Shown: positions 54,361 to 63,907, counted from the first letter of the stretch. The stretch is 64,000 bases of DNA from an uncultured Erysipelotrichaceae bacterium (GCA_900316365.1 ONCO01000003.1:26825-90824); one strand, 5' to 3'. Numbers and translations are program-made. Notes: a model not told the origin generated them from the sequence alone.

Positions 54361-56388
54361 ATGGCAAACGCATTAAGAAAAACTAGAATCGTGGCATTTA
54401 TCCTTGCCCTCATTGAGATTGGTCTCTTTGCTACCGGCATCGCCCTTTATTTATACGACATCCCTTCTGGCATCCAGGCGGCGATCAAACCGCAGTTCTG
54501 GGCCTTCGGCGCCGGGGTTGTTGCTTTCGCCAACATCGTCGCTGTCGCAATCATCATCGCCCACATTTCCCGTATCCGTCAGAAGAGCGACCTTCGCGCT
54601 GCCGACGTTATCGGCGGTGACGTCCAGGAAGCTTATAACTTCGGCCAGATTGGTCTTGTCGTTACCGATAATGACGACCGCGTCATTTGGAACAACCTCC
54701 TCTTCAAGGAACGCTCCATCGAACTCCTCGACCAGAACATTGAGGAATGGCAGCCAAAGCTCCGCGAATTAAAAGACGGCAATAACAACATGACCGTCAT
54801 GATCGAGGTCGACTCCCATACTTACGAAGTAAAGTACCTCTCTGAGGCGCATCTTTATATCTTCAAAGACACGACCGAATTCGCGCACCTTAGCTCGTAT
54901 GAGCGCGCCCACTCGATGGTCCTTGGCCTTATCGTCATCGACAACTACAGCGAGATCGTCGGTAACGCCGAAGACGAGAACAACGATATCGTCTCCCGTG
55001 TTCGTGGCGCCATCTTCGACTATGGCAAGCAGTTCGACGTCGTTCTCAGACGTTTCCGTGGCGACTCCTACTTCGCCGTCTGCGACTATGCTTCCCTCGA
55101 AAGGATGGTCAACGATAAGTTCTCCCTCCTCGAAAGCGTTCGCCAATTAGGCAAAGGCACCGACACCATCCCAACCTTGTCCGTTGGTTTCGCCCACGAC
55201 TTCCAAGACCCAGAGAAACTTAGCGATATGGCCGCTAACGCCATTAATATCGCTATGTCTCGTGGCGGTGACCAGGCTTGCGTATCCGAATACAACAAAG
55301 AGCTCAAGTTCTATGGTGGTAAGACCCAGGCTGTTGAATCCACCAGTAAGGTCAAAGTCAGAAACTACGCCGACGGTCTTATCGGTCTTATCCGTCAGAC
55401 CAAGAGCGTTCTCGTCATGGGTCATGAAATGATGGATATGGACGCTTTAGGCGCGGCCTTAGGCGTCATGGTCATCGCTGAATATTGCGGCGTCCCATGC
55501 CATATCATCTACGATCCAAAGAACACCGAGTCTAAGACTCGTTACGCCTTCCAAAGCGCCTTTACCAAAAACGAAATCGACCGCATGGTCTATTCCCCAA
55601 GAGACGCCTTGGATAAGATCAACGACTCCACCTTACTCGTTGTCGTTGACGTCTCTGTCCCAGAGAAGACCCACGCCCCTAAGGTTCTTGAGAAGTCCGT
55701 TAAGACGGTCGTTATCGACCACCATCGTATGGGCACCTCCTTCATCGACCAGAACGTCTTAAGCTACGTCGAACCTTCCGCTTCCAGCGCTTCGGAAATC
55801 GTAGCGGAGTTCATCCATTACGCGACCGCGAACCCACGCATGGAAATGAAACAGAGCTTCGCGACCATCATGCTCGCCGGTATGTTCCTCGATACCAACT
55901 TCTTCAAGTCCAAGTCTACTGGCGCCCGTACATTCGAGGCCGCTGAGTTCTTGAAGACCTATGGTGCGGATAACGCCTTAGCGGATGATTACCTCAAAGA
56001 CGAATATGAGGAATATTCCTTAACTACCAAGATTGTCTCCACCATGAAGACCCCGTATTACGGCGTCGTCTACTGCGTAGCTGAAGATAAAGACATCATC
56101 GAAAGCGCGGCTATCTCGAAAGTCGCCAACCAATTGATGCAGTTAAAGGGCATCAACGCCGCCTTCGTCATCGGACGCACAGGCGAAAAGACAATCAAGA
56201 TTTCCTGCCGCAGCGACGCGACCATCAACGTCCAGCTCTTAGCTGAGAAGATGGGTGGTGGCGGTCACTTCTCAATGGCGGCAGCCAATATCAGCGATCA
56301 AACCATCGAGGGCGCGGAGACCATTCTCCTCGACGTTCTCGCTACATACCTCAATGAATCTCGTTCATCGGAGAAGGGAGAATACTAA
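54361..56388 (+). CDS. gdpP: cyclic-di-AMP phosphodiesterase GdpP
   Basis: Two N-terminal TM helices, PAS-like plus degenerate GGDEF region, DHH (VIDHHR) and DHHA1 (MGGGGHFSMAAA). gdpP-rplI-dnaB synteny. ATG 54361 preferred over TTG 54352. Confidence 0.9.
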   Translation: MANALRKTRIVAFILALIEIGLFATGIALYLYDIPSGIQAAIKPQFWAFGAGVVAFANIVAVAIIIAHISRIRQKSDLRAADVIGGDVQEAYNFGQIGLVVTDNDDRVIWNNLLFKERSIELLDQNIEEWQPKLRELKDGNNNMTVMIEVDSHTYEVKYLSEAHLYIFKDTTEFAHLSSYERAHSMVLGLIVIDNYSEIVGNAEDENNDIVSRVRGAIFDYGKQFDVVLRRFRGDSYFAVCDYASLERMVNDKFSLLESVRQLGKGTDTIPTLSVGFAHDFQDPEKLSDMAANAINIAMSRGGDQACVSEYNKELKFYGGKTQAVESTSKVKVRNYADGLIGLIRQTKSVLVMGHEMMDMDALGAALGVMVIAEYCGVPCHIIYDPKNTESKTRYAFQSAFTKNEIDRMVYSPRDALDKINDSTLLVVVDVSVPEKTHAPKVLEKSVKTVVIDHHRMGTSFIDQNVLSYVEPSASSASEIVAEFIHYATANPRMEMKQSFATIMLAGMFLDTNFFKSKSTGARTFEAAEFLKTYGADNALADDYLKDEYEEYSLTTKIVSTMKTPYYGVVYCVAEDKDIIESAAISKVANQLMQLKGINAAFVIGRTGEKTIKISCRSDATINVQLLAEKMGGGGHFSMAAANISDQTIEGAETILLDVLATYLNESRSSEKGEY

Positions 56389-56846
56389 TGAAAGTCATAT
56401 TACTGCAGGATGTTAAAAAGTACGGAAAGAAAGGCGACACCATCAATGTCAGCGATGGTTTCGGCTTAAACTATCTCATTCCGCGCGGCATGGCCGTTGC
56501 TTCTACCGAGAGCTCCCAGAAGACCCTTGCGAAGAATAACGCCGCGGAGTCTGCCCGCCAGGCTGAGCTTAAGAAAGAAGCCGAAGCTTTAGCGGAGCGC
56601 CTTAAGAACATCAACGTCGAATTCAAAGCCAAAGTCGGCTCTGACGGCAGAATGTTTGGTTCCGTCTCTCCAAAGCAGATCGAAGAAGGCCTCAAAGAGC
56701 AGTGGGGCATCACCATCGACAAGCGCAAATTCATCGACAAATATCCAGCCAACGGCCTTGGATACACTAGACTCAAAATCGAACTCTACAAAGGCGAGGC
56801 CGGCGAAGTCGTCGGAACTGTTAATGTCCACATCAGCGAAGAATAG
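56388..56846 (+). CDS. rplI: 50S ribosomal protein L9
   Basis: MKVILLQDVKKYGKKGDTINVSDGFGLNYLIP signature. Confidence 0.95.
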   Translation: MKVILLQDVKKYGKKGDTINVSDGFGLNYLIPRGMAVASTESSQKTLAKNNAAESARQAELKKEAEALAERLKNINVEFKAKVGSDGRMFGSVSPKQIEEGLKEQWGITIDKRKFIDKYPANGLGYTRLKIELYKGEAGEVVGTVNVHISEE

Positions 56847-58338
56847 TCCAAAGAAGAAAGCCACTAGAACCGTCGAGCTCCCATCTAACGTTGAGGCGGA
56901 GCGCGCGTGTTTAGGCGCGGCCATGATTGATGTCTCCGCGCTTTCGATCGTCATCTCTTCCTTGGAAGAGGATTCTTTCAGCAACGTTGACCCACGTAAC
57001 AAGTTGGTCTTCCGCGCGATTAAGGAATTATCCGACCGCCACACCACGGTCGACCCGGAAACCGTCCACAATGAGCTCGTTACCTTAAAGCTCGACAAAG
57101 AGACCAATTCCCCAAACTACTTACTCAATCTCGTCGACTCCGTTATCGATCCCGATAATATTGAGCACTACACCAAAATCGTCCGCGACCAGGCCACGCT
57201 CCGCAACCTTCTCCTTACTTGCAAAGACATCCAAGAAGACTACGAGACCATGGAGATTCCTGATATCGGCGATTTCGTCATGAAAGCCAACCAAAGGATC
57301 ACCGCCGTCGCGGATTCCCGTCAGGTCGGTGACTTCAAGAGCGCAGAGCAGGCCGCGAAAGAACTCGAGATCAAACTCGGCGAAATGCAGAAACCTTCTT
57401 CCGATGGTTTGACCGGCGTCACCACCGGTTATAAGAAACTCAACCTCTTCACCCACGGTTGGCAGAAAGAAGACATGATCATCGTCGCTGCCCGTCCTTC
57501 CGTCGGTAAGACTGCCTTAACCATGAACTTGGCGTTTAACGCCGCGCTTTATGGCAAAGCCACCGTTGGTTTCTTCTCCCTCGAAATGAATAGCACGCTC
57601 ATCATGCAGCGTCTTGTCGCTAGCCGCGCTTGCGTCTCCAACGACCACATCCAGACCGGCATGTTGACCACCCAGGAACGCATCAAAGTCCGCGATGCTT
57701 TAAGGGAAATCTCCCAGACCAAACTCTATATCGATGACACCCCGAACTCGATGCTTGGCGATATCACTGCGAAGGCCACCAAACTTAAGGCGGCTCATCC
57801 AGACCTTGGCTTAATCGTCATCGACTACTTAGGCCGTATCCGTATGGCTGGTGGCGGAAAGATGGAATCCCGTCAGCAGGAAGTCTCCATCATTTCCGGT
57901 GCCTTGAAGACCTTAGCCCGCACGTTGCATGTACCTGTCATCGTCGTCTCTCAGTTAAACCGTGCCGTCGAGTCCACCGAATCCAAGAAGCCAATGCTTT
58001 CCAACTTGCGTGAATCCGGCTCTGTCGAGCAGGACGCCGACATTGTTTTGCTGCTTTATCGTTCCGACTATTATTCCCCGGATCAGCTTAAGAAGAAGGG
58101 CGGTTATAACAAAGACGGCAATCAGCAGCAGGAAGAGGAGCCAAAACAAGAAAAGAAGAACCTTGGCCCAGGGGATATCTCCGTCATGGAGATCAGCGTC
58201 GCGAAGAACCGTAACGGTAAGACCGGCGAACTCCAGCTAATGTTCGAGAAAGCCTATTCCCGTTTCTGCGATCCAGCGCCTGAATACGAAGAAGCCTACG
58301 CCAAGCTCCGTCAGCAAAACGGCGGCGGGGATGAGTGA
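56824..58338 (+). CDS. dnaB: replicative DNA helicase
   Basis: Start set to ATG 56824 (MSTSAKN…LPSNVEAERACLGAAM), overlapping rplI by 23 nt. The ORF-track start at 56656 lies inside rplI. Walker A ARPSVGKTAL; SQLNR. Confidence 0.9.
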   Translation: MSTSAKNSPKKKATRTVELPSNVEAERACLGAAMIDVSALSIVISSLEEDSFSNVDPRNKLVFRAIKELSDRHTTVDPETVHNELVTLKLDKETNSPNYLLNLVDSVIDPDNIEHYTKIVRDQATLRNLLLTCKDIQEDYETMEIPDIGDFVMKANQRITAVADSRQVGDFKSAEQAAKELEIKLGEMQKPSSDGLTGVTTGYKKLNLFTHGWQKEDMIIVAARPSVGKTALTMNLAFNAALYGKATVGFFSLEMNSTLIMQRLVASRACVSNDHIQTGMLTTQERIKVRDALREISQTKLYIDDTPNSMLGDITAKATKLKAAHPDLGLIVIDYLGRIRMAGGGKMESRQQEVSIISGALKTLARTLHVPVIVVSQLNRAVESTESKKPMLSNLRESGSVEQDADIVLLLYRSDYYSPDQLKKKGGYNKDGNQQQEEEPKQEKKNLGPGDISVMEISVAKNRNGKTGELQLMFEKAYSRFCDPAPEYEEAYAKLRQQNGGGDE

Positions 58339-59078
58339 TGAAGTTCTCCATCGTCGGCAGCGGGTCCAAAGGAAACGCCTGCCTAATCTACAACAAAGAC
58401 ACCCTTATCCAGATTGATATGGGCCTTCCTTTGAAGTCCCTTAAGAAAGAATTGGATCACCTTGGAAAAACCGTTAATGACATCCAAGCCCTTTTCATCA
58501 CGCATGAGCATACCGATCATATCGCCGGCATCCCTCTTTACCATGACCGCGTTGATCTTTATGCCGGGGAGGGGACTTATGCCTCCGCGAATCCGGTCGA
58601 GCCATTTATCCCGTTAGAAGTTGGCTCGATGAGCATCGTGCCATTCCCAACCTCGCACGACGCCACCAACCCAATGGGTTATCTAATCGAAGAGGAAGGT
58701 TGCCGTTTAGGCTATGTGACCGACACCGGTTATTTAAGCGATGAGGCTTTAGCCCTCATTAAGGATTGCGACTATTACTACTTTGAGTCCAACCATGATT
58801 TGAAGATGCTTATGGATTCCGCCCGTCCAGCCGTTTTAAAGAAACGCATTCATTCCAAACACGGGCATCTTTCCAATATCGATTCCGCCATCTATATGGC
58901 CGAGCTTATCGGACCAAGGACCAAAGCCATCTATTTGGCTCATTTAAGCGAAGAATGCAACACGCCTGAAATTGCTCTTAGCTCTTATCACAAAACCTTA
59001 GACCGTAAAGGCATTGCCCATGACCATATTAAGATCGTCCCTGCTTCGCAGTGGCATGTCGTTAGGGGAGGGGAATAA
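58335..59078 (+). CDS. MBL-fold metallo-hydrolase (YycJ/WalJ-like)
   Basis: HxHxDH motif ITHEHTDHIAG. 247 aa. Followed by rlmH, as in Bacillus. Confidence 0.8.
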   Translation: MMKFSIVGSGSKGNACLIYNKDTLIQIDMGLPLKSLKKELDHLGKTVNDIQALFITHEHTDHIAGIPLYHDRVDLYAGEGTYASANPVEPFIPLEVGSMSIVPFPTSHDATNPMGYLIEEEGCRLGYVTDTGYLSDEALALIKDCDYYYFESNHDLKMLMDSARPAVLKKRIHSKHGHLSNIDSAIYMAELIGPRTKAIYLAHLSEECNTPEIALSSYHKTLDRKGIAHDHIKIVPASQWHVVRGGE

Positions 59079-59557
59079 TGAAAATCACTCTCTACGTCAT
59101 CGGTCACCTCAAAGAGGCTTATTGGAAGTCCGCTTGCGAGGAATACATCAAACGCCTTAAGAACTATGCGGATATCAAAGTCGTCGAGGTTGATGATATC
59201 GGCTATAAAGAAGGCGCTGGTTTAGCTATCGAAACCCAGGTCAAAGACAAAGAAGGGGAGAAAGTACTCGAAAAACTTAAGCCAAGCGACTATCTCTGCG
59301 CGCTTGACCTCAACGCCAAAGAGTATGACTCCGTGGAATTCTCCGAACATCTAGAGAAGATGTTTATGATGGGCGGCTCCCACGTAAGCTTTGTCATCGG
59401 CGGATCTTTGGGTTTATCCGATGCATTAAAAAAGAGAGCCAATGAGCGGCTCTCCTTCTCTAAGATGACCTTCCCGCATCAGATGACGCGCTTAATCCTA
59501 TTGGAACAGCTCTATCGGGCTTTTAGGATCGCCCATCATGAGCCGTATCATAAATAA
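59078..59557 (+). CDS. rlmH: 23S rRNA (pseudouridine1915-N3)-methyltransferase
   Basis: 159 aa SPOUT protein. C-terminal FPHQMTRLILLEQLYRAFRI…PYHK signature. Confidence 0.9.
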   Translation: MKITLYVIGHLKEAYWKSACEEYIKRLKNYADIKVVEVDDIGYKEGAGLAIETQVKDKEGEKVLEKLKPSDYLCALDLNAKEYDSVEFSEHLEKMFMMGGSHVSFVIGGSLGLSDALKKRANERLSFSKMTFPHQMTRLILLEQLYRAFRIAHHEPYHK

Positions 59558-60358
59558 TCAGTCAATCAATCCGTAATGGATAAAGGCTTTGGCCCAACCA
59601 TCATCATCAATGTCGTCGGTTACGTAATCGGCGGCTTTTTTCGCCGCGGGATCGGCACGACCGACGGCAACCCCGATGCCGGTATAGGAAAGCATCTCGA
59701 CGTCATTCTGGCCGTCTCCTAAGCTCATCGCCTCTTCCGGCTTTAAGCCATAGTAATCAAGCACGGACATAACGCCTTTGGACTTATCGCTGTCCTGGAG
59801 CATGATATCGACCGCATATTCATCCCATCTGGCGGATTTGCAGTTCTCGAGGTGGGGCAAGAATAAGGATTCTTCGAACTCATCGCAGAAGGCAATCATC
59901 TGATAGACCGTGCGGTCATAATGATCTGGGAATCTTCTTGGCTGCGGGAATCTGGTTCCGTATTTCTCGTGTGCGGAGATAACGCGGTCATCGATCATGT
60001 TGATATGGCCTTCGTTCTCCTCAATTAACGTCAGACCGAACTTGAGCCTCTTGGCGAAGAGGATCATGTGGTCGACGACGGTGGAAGGTATTGGATAACG
60101 GTAGATGATATTGCCGTCGATAATCGCGTTGGAGCCATTCATGGTGACCAAACCATCAGGTTTGACCATATCCAGGATTCCGGTTTTACGGATTAAATAG
60201 AAGTTCCTGCCAGAGCAAAGGAAGACCTTGATGCCCTTGGCCTGGAGCTTCTTAATCGCAGCGATTGCACTTTCGGGGACGTGGTGGGTGCGATGGGAAA
60301 AAAGCGTGCCGTCAATATCGGTGAATACGATTTTGATTTTGCTGCTTTTCTCGTCCAT
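59558..60358 (-). CDS. Cof-type HAD-IIB phosphatase
   Basis: FTDIDGTLF motif and C-terminal GDGQNDVEM. Confidence 0.8.
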   Translation of the reverse strand: MDEKSSKIKIVFTDIDGTLFSHRTHHVPESAIAAIKKLQAKGIKVFLCSGRNFYLIRKTGILDMVKPDGLVTMNGSNAIIDGNIIYRYPIPSTVVDHMILFAKRLKFGLTLIEENEGHINMIDDRVISAHEKYGTRFPQPRRFPDHYDRTVYQMIAFCDEFEESLFLPHLENCKSARWDEYAVDIMLQDSDKSKGVMSVLDYYGLKPEEAMSLGDGQNDVEMLSYTGIGVAVGRADPAAKKAADYVTDDIDDDGWAKAFIHYGLID

Positions 60359-60432
60359 CTTTTTCTTTGAAAAGGTCCTCTTTTCGGCCCCTCAATCTCC
60401 CTCCGGTATGTTATTATTGTGCGCAAGTATAT

Positions 60433-60768
60433 ATGGAATACATAGAGTTTAGCAAGTACAAAAAAATATCTGACCCGAAAACGGTCGTTAATGGCTATGA
60501 GGACGAAGAAGGCAATATCTTCTACGTCGAGCCGGCCTTCTATTACAACCTCCAAGGTTTTAAAGATAAGAGGGCTGAAGCCTTTGAGCCAATCCTCAAG
60601 GAAATGGAAAGAATCGTTAAGGCTAATCACCACGTTATCTTCACCGGGAACTTCGAGGCCCCGATGTATGAGAAGGAAGGTTTTATCTATAAAGAAATAG
60701 AGGATATAAGTGATCCTTTAGGCTTATTCTTCGAAGATAAGTCTCGCGGTTCCGATTACGGAGACTAA
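60433..60768 (+). CDS. hypothetical small acidic protein
   Basis: 111 aa from ATG 60433 (the TTG 60367 extension is judged unlikely). No motif recognised. Confidence 0.4.
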   Translation: MEYIEFSKYKKISDPKTVVNGYEDEEGNIFYVEPAFYYNLQGFKDKRAEAFEPILKEMERIVKANHHVIFTGNFEAPMYEKEGFIYKEIEDISDPLGLFFEDKSRGSDYGD

Positions 60769-60785
60769 TAATAAATAATAAGGTT

Positions 60786-60822
60786 AAGAAAAGGCTCGCC
60801 GTTCTGGCGAGCCTATCTTTGT
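60786..60822. terminator. bidirectional terminator
   Basis: AGGCTCGCC-gttct-GGCGAGCCT with A-rich and T-rich flanks. Confidence 0.75.
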
Positions 60823-60830
60823 TATATCGC

Positions 60831-61964
60831 TTAGGCCTGAGGTCTTAAGGTCTTCATGCTGAGCCACATGATTCTTAAGCCAAAGAGGATGATGAAGAGG
60901 AACTGGAGGATTTCGACACGGACAAAGAAGCCGATGATCATTCCAAGGAGGGCAGGGGTGAAGGCGCCCCAATAGGACATCTTCTGAGTCATCCAGAAGG
61001 TATAGATGCGGTATGGGTTGTTCTTGCCGCGGGTCATGATGAAGATCATAAGGCCCATGAAGAAGAGGAAGAAGACAAAGATGGCTGCCATAAGACCGGT
61101 CATTTTCCAAGCAGAACCGATGATCTGCTTTTCGGCGGCTTTGTCTAAGTAATTGCTCCAAGCTTTCTTGGTGTCGGCGATATAGGTCTCGACAGCGTCT
61201 GGTTCGGCAGAGACGTTTTTGACAAGGCTGTTGAGCGGGAGCTCACCTCCGCTATAGTCGCGGAGAGAACCAACACTGGCTTCAGCCCATTCGCCATTGG
61301 CTTTGGCCTTCATGACGCGGAAGGTGTTTTTGCCGAAGATAATGGTATTGACGTGGTTCTTATCAGAAGTGGTTTCGGCGGATTCGCTAGAAGGGGTGCC
61401 GACGTTGACGTTCAAGGTGGTGCCGATTTTGGCGCCGGTGCTTGGGTTGATGCCGTTATAGACTTTCGCGACATAGTCGGAGAAGTCTTTGCCTTCTAAC
61501 AAGGTCTCGGTTTTGCTATTGAAGGCAACAAAGACGGCGAAGTCGACTTTGTTGGTGACGTTGCTGACGTGGTGGTACCAAGGTTCGGTATCGATGGAAC
61601 CACTCGATTCGGTGGAAAGGAATTCTTTCCAACGAGTGACGGTTAAAGAACCTTTCTCGACATTCCATTCGACTTTCTTTTCGAAGGCGTTTAAGTCCTG
61701 CTGGAAATGGACTAAGCCAGTTTCGTAACCATAGGTCGTGCCTTTTAAGATGTCGCCGCCTTTGGTCTTGAGGCTCGTGGTAAGGATTGGGAGGGCAGCA
61801 AGAACGACGGATAAGAGAGCGGTGATGATCGCTCCATACCATGGTTTCTTCTGACCGAGTTCTACTACAGCCGCATTGCTGATAATCGCGGAAGCACCTA
61901 ACTTGAGGTTCTCCTTGGTGGATGCAGACATGCGGGATTGTTTCTTCTTTTTATTCTTTGACAT
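60831..61964 (-). CDS. hypothetical membrane protein (N-terminal TM, large extracytoplasmic domain, C-terminal TM bundle)
   Basis: Start set to ATG 61964 (MSKNKKKKQSR…). The ORF-track extension to 62099 is basic, low-complexity read-through. No family recognised. Confidence 0.6.
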   Translation of the reverse strand: MSKNKKKKQSRMSASTKENLKLGASAIISNAAVVELGQKKPWYGAIITALLSVVLAALPILTTSLKTKGGDILKGTTYGYETGLVHFQQDLNAFEKKVEWNVEKGSLTVTRWKEFLSTESSGSIDTEPWYHHVSNVTNKVDFAVFVAFNSKTETLLEGKDFSDYVAKVYNGINPSTGAKIGTTLNVNVGTPSSESAETTSDKNHVNTIIFGKNTFRVMKAKANGEWAEASVGSLRDYSGGELPLNSLVKNVSAEPDAVETYIADTKKAWSNYLDKAAEKQIIGSAWKMTGLMAAIFVFFLFFMGLMIFIMTRGKNNPYRIYTFWMTQKMSYWGAFTPALLGMIIGFFVRVEILQFLFIILFGLRIMWLSMKTLRPQA

Positions 61965-62229
61965 ATCTTTAATCTTCCTGTGCATGGTAAACAATACACG
62001 CAAAACGGGGGTTTGGAAACAGGAAAGGCTTAACCTCCTCTTTAAATAAAGAGAACTTTCGCGTTGGTGTGCTCGCCGAAAGGGCGGACGTAAACGCAAA
62101 TATAGGCGAACGCCGCACCTTATTATCAGTCTTACAACGAAGAAAAGATAATTGTTATTGCTATTGAACTTCTAAGAAAGACTAATTGTATACGCTATGT
62201 ATTCGAAAAGCACTTTAATAGAATGTGAC

Positions 62230-62262
62230 AGCAAATTTCGTGGTTTTTGTGTAGCAAATTTC
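62230..62262 (+). repeat. 10-nt direct repeat AGCAAATTTC x2, 23-nt period
   Basis: 62230-62239 and 62253-62262, in the AT-rich region upstream of ORF 62336. Confidence 0.6.
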
Positions 62263-62335
62263 AATTATTCGTCTTGTTTTTAATAAACGTTTACACTTGT
62301 GGGTGACGCTGTTAGATTTTTAGGAGGCCATTTGA

Positions 62336-62857
62336 ATGTCAAAAAGAAATCCTTTCTATAACAAGATAATCGACGAATGGAAAGTTGCCGCTTTTTTCGA
62401 TAACTATCCTTTTGACGTCTTTAAACCTTTTCGGAGATGGTTCTTCTTTATGGTTTTTTCTGCCGTGCCTCCCTGCTTAGCGACCATATTTGGCTATTAT
62501 TTCGGAGACGTCGTGGTTATTGTCAATTTTGGATTTATCATCTTGTTCTTTGGCTTATCCGTCCTCTGCGGAATCCGCTATTGCCAAATAATGATTGAAC
62601 ACTCGATTCCTCGCAAAAAGAGGTATCCGATTATCTTCGTTTCAGTGCAGCTGCTTCTGATGGGTGCTTGCGCAATTGTTCCTCTTTGGACTACGAGATT
62701 TGAATATACCCCAAGTGGTTTTTCCATTCATATCAATGCACTTCCTGCGTATTTGGTGGTTGTTTTGACGATAATCATGGTTTCCGTCCATTACTATTCT
62801 GTAACCAATTGTTTCAAGAAGTATTACAAGGAAAAGGCCACTACCAAAAGGCTTTAA
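62336..62857 (+). CDS. hypothetical 4-TM membrane protein
   Basis: 173 aa. AGGAGG 8 nt upstream of the ATG. AT-rich codon usage. No family recognised. Confidence 0.55.
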   Translation: MSKRNPFYNKIIDEWKVAAFFDNYPFDVFKPFRRWFFFMVFSAVPPCLATIFGYYFGDVVVIVNFGFIILFFGLSVLCGIRYCQIMIEHSIPRKKRYPIIFVSVQLLLMGACAIVPLWTTRFEYTPSGFSIHINALPAYLVVVLTIIMVSVHYYSVTNCFKKYYKEKATTKRL

Positions 62858-62985
62858 TTGCGGTCCTTTATAAAGAAAAGACACGCGAGGCGTCGTGAAG
62901 TAATCATAATTACTTGCGCTTTCTGCTTTTCAAAGCGGAAACCGAAAGATATTATTTATCCGCCCAAGACAACTTGAGCTTCTCT

Positions 62986-63379
62986 GGGGCCGTTCAGGTT
63001 TTGACGGAGGAGAGTTTGGCTTGGATTGCAGCAAGGTGGCGACTTACGCCAAAAAACAATAACTGACAACACTGTCAAACCTTGGATGCTTGGTGGACAC
63101 CAGGCCTCCTTCGCTCGCGCTTAATTTAGCCCCGACACAGGGATCCCGCTAGGCGGGACGAGCACATTCACCTCTACCTTCGCGTCTTAGTAGGGGATGG
63201 GTGTAATACAAGACGATAAGCCTTAGCGTTGGTTGGCGCGAAAGGACGAAAACCCCACAACTGCCTCATGGGCATTCCTCGATCCTATCGCCGCCCATGA
63301 GTATGAGATAGGGTCTAAGCTGTAGACGTCCTTGATGAGCCTTCTTCGGACCGGGGTTCGATTCCCCGCGACTCCACCA
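62986..63379 (+). ncRNA. ssrA: transfer-messenger RNA
   Basis: 5' GGGGCCGUUCAGGUUUUGACGGAGG. 3' T-arm and acceptor GGACCGGGGUUCGAUUCCCCGCGACUCCACCA, with G3-U pair. Internal tag ORF GAC…GCU-UAA (63065-63124) preceded by CGCCAAAAAACAAUAACU, as in Bacillus-type tmRNA. There is one C-A mismatch in the acceptor stem. Confidence 0.9.
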
Positions 63380-63518
63380 AATTGATTATCAGGCGAGCGC
63401 TTACCATTATGATGGTAATGTGTTCGGAATTATATGCGATGCCACCAAGTACCTGGAGGAAGCGTGCCTCCAATACGGGTACAAGTATTATCGCGGAAAG
63501 AAAATCGAGGGAGACTGA
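63378..63518 (+). pseudogene. 3'-terminal gene fragment abutting the tmRNA 3' end
   Basis: Open frame …IDYQASAYHYDGNVFGIICDATKYLEEACLQYGYKYYRGKKIEGD* has protein-like composition and its own terminator. It has no upstream start or N-terminus, because the frame runs into ssrA. Confidence 0.35.
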
Positions 63519-63536
63519 AAATGCTCCCTCTTTTTC
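63507..63536 (+). terminator. intrinsic terminator
   Basis: GAGGGAG-actgaaaatg-CTCCCTC followed by TTTTT. Confidence 0.75.
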
Positions 63537-63596
63537 AACTGTCGCCTAAACAAAAGAATGCAGAATAGATGCCAAAAACTTGTCTATAAACCCGTC

Positions 63597-63907
63597 TTAG
63601 GCGTATTTGGGCTCGCCATATTCTCTTCTCATTGCTTCTGTTGAAACGACCCACTGCTTGCCGTATTTACAGGCATCGACGCTGCTTTTAATTTCCCATA
63701 GGCTATGGCTTTGCGGAGGGTGGATTCATTGAGTCCCCACATCCTGGTAGCCTCGACGAACGCGACGAGCCCGTCGAATGGTGTGGCAATATCGGCTCCA
63801 CCGTAGAAAAGCTCTTCGCAGGAAAGGTCTATTTCATCATTCCAAATGACCCCATATCCCCCTGGGCCAACATGGGCCTTCTCGAACAGGTCGTTTTCCT
63901 TGAGCTG
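63597..63907 (-). pseudogene. start-less, frameshifted DUF2442-like + HTH DNA-binding gene remnant
   Basis: Minus strand translates to …LKENDLFEKAHVGPGGYGVIWNDEIDLSCEELFYGG…FVEATRMWGLNESTLRKAIAYGKLK. After a frameshift near 63672-63695 it continues SVDACKYGKQWVVSTEAMRREYGEPKYA*. No start codon; an in-frame TGA lies just upstream. Confidence 0.55.
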
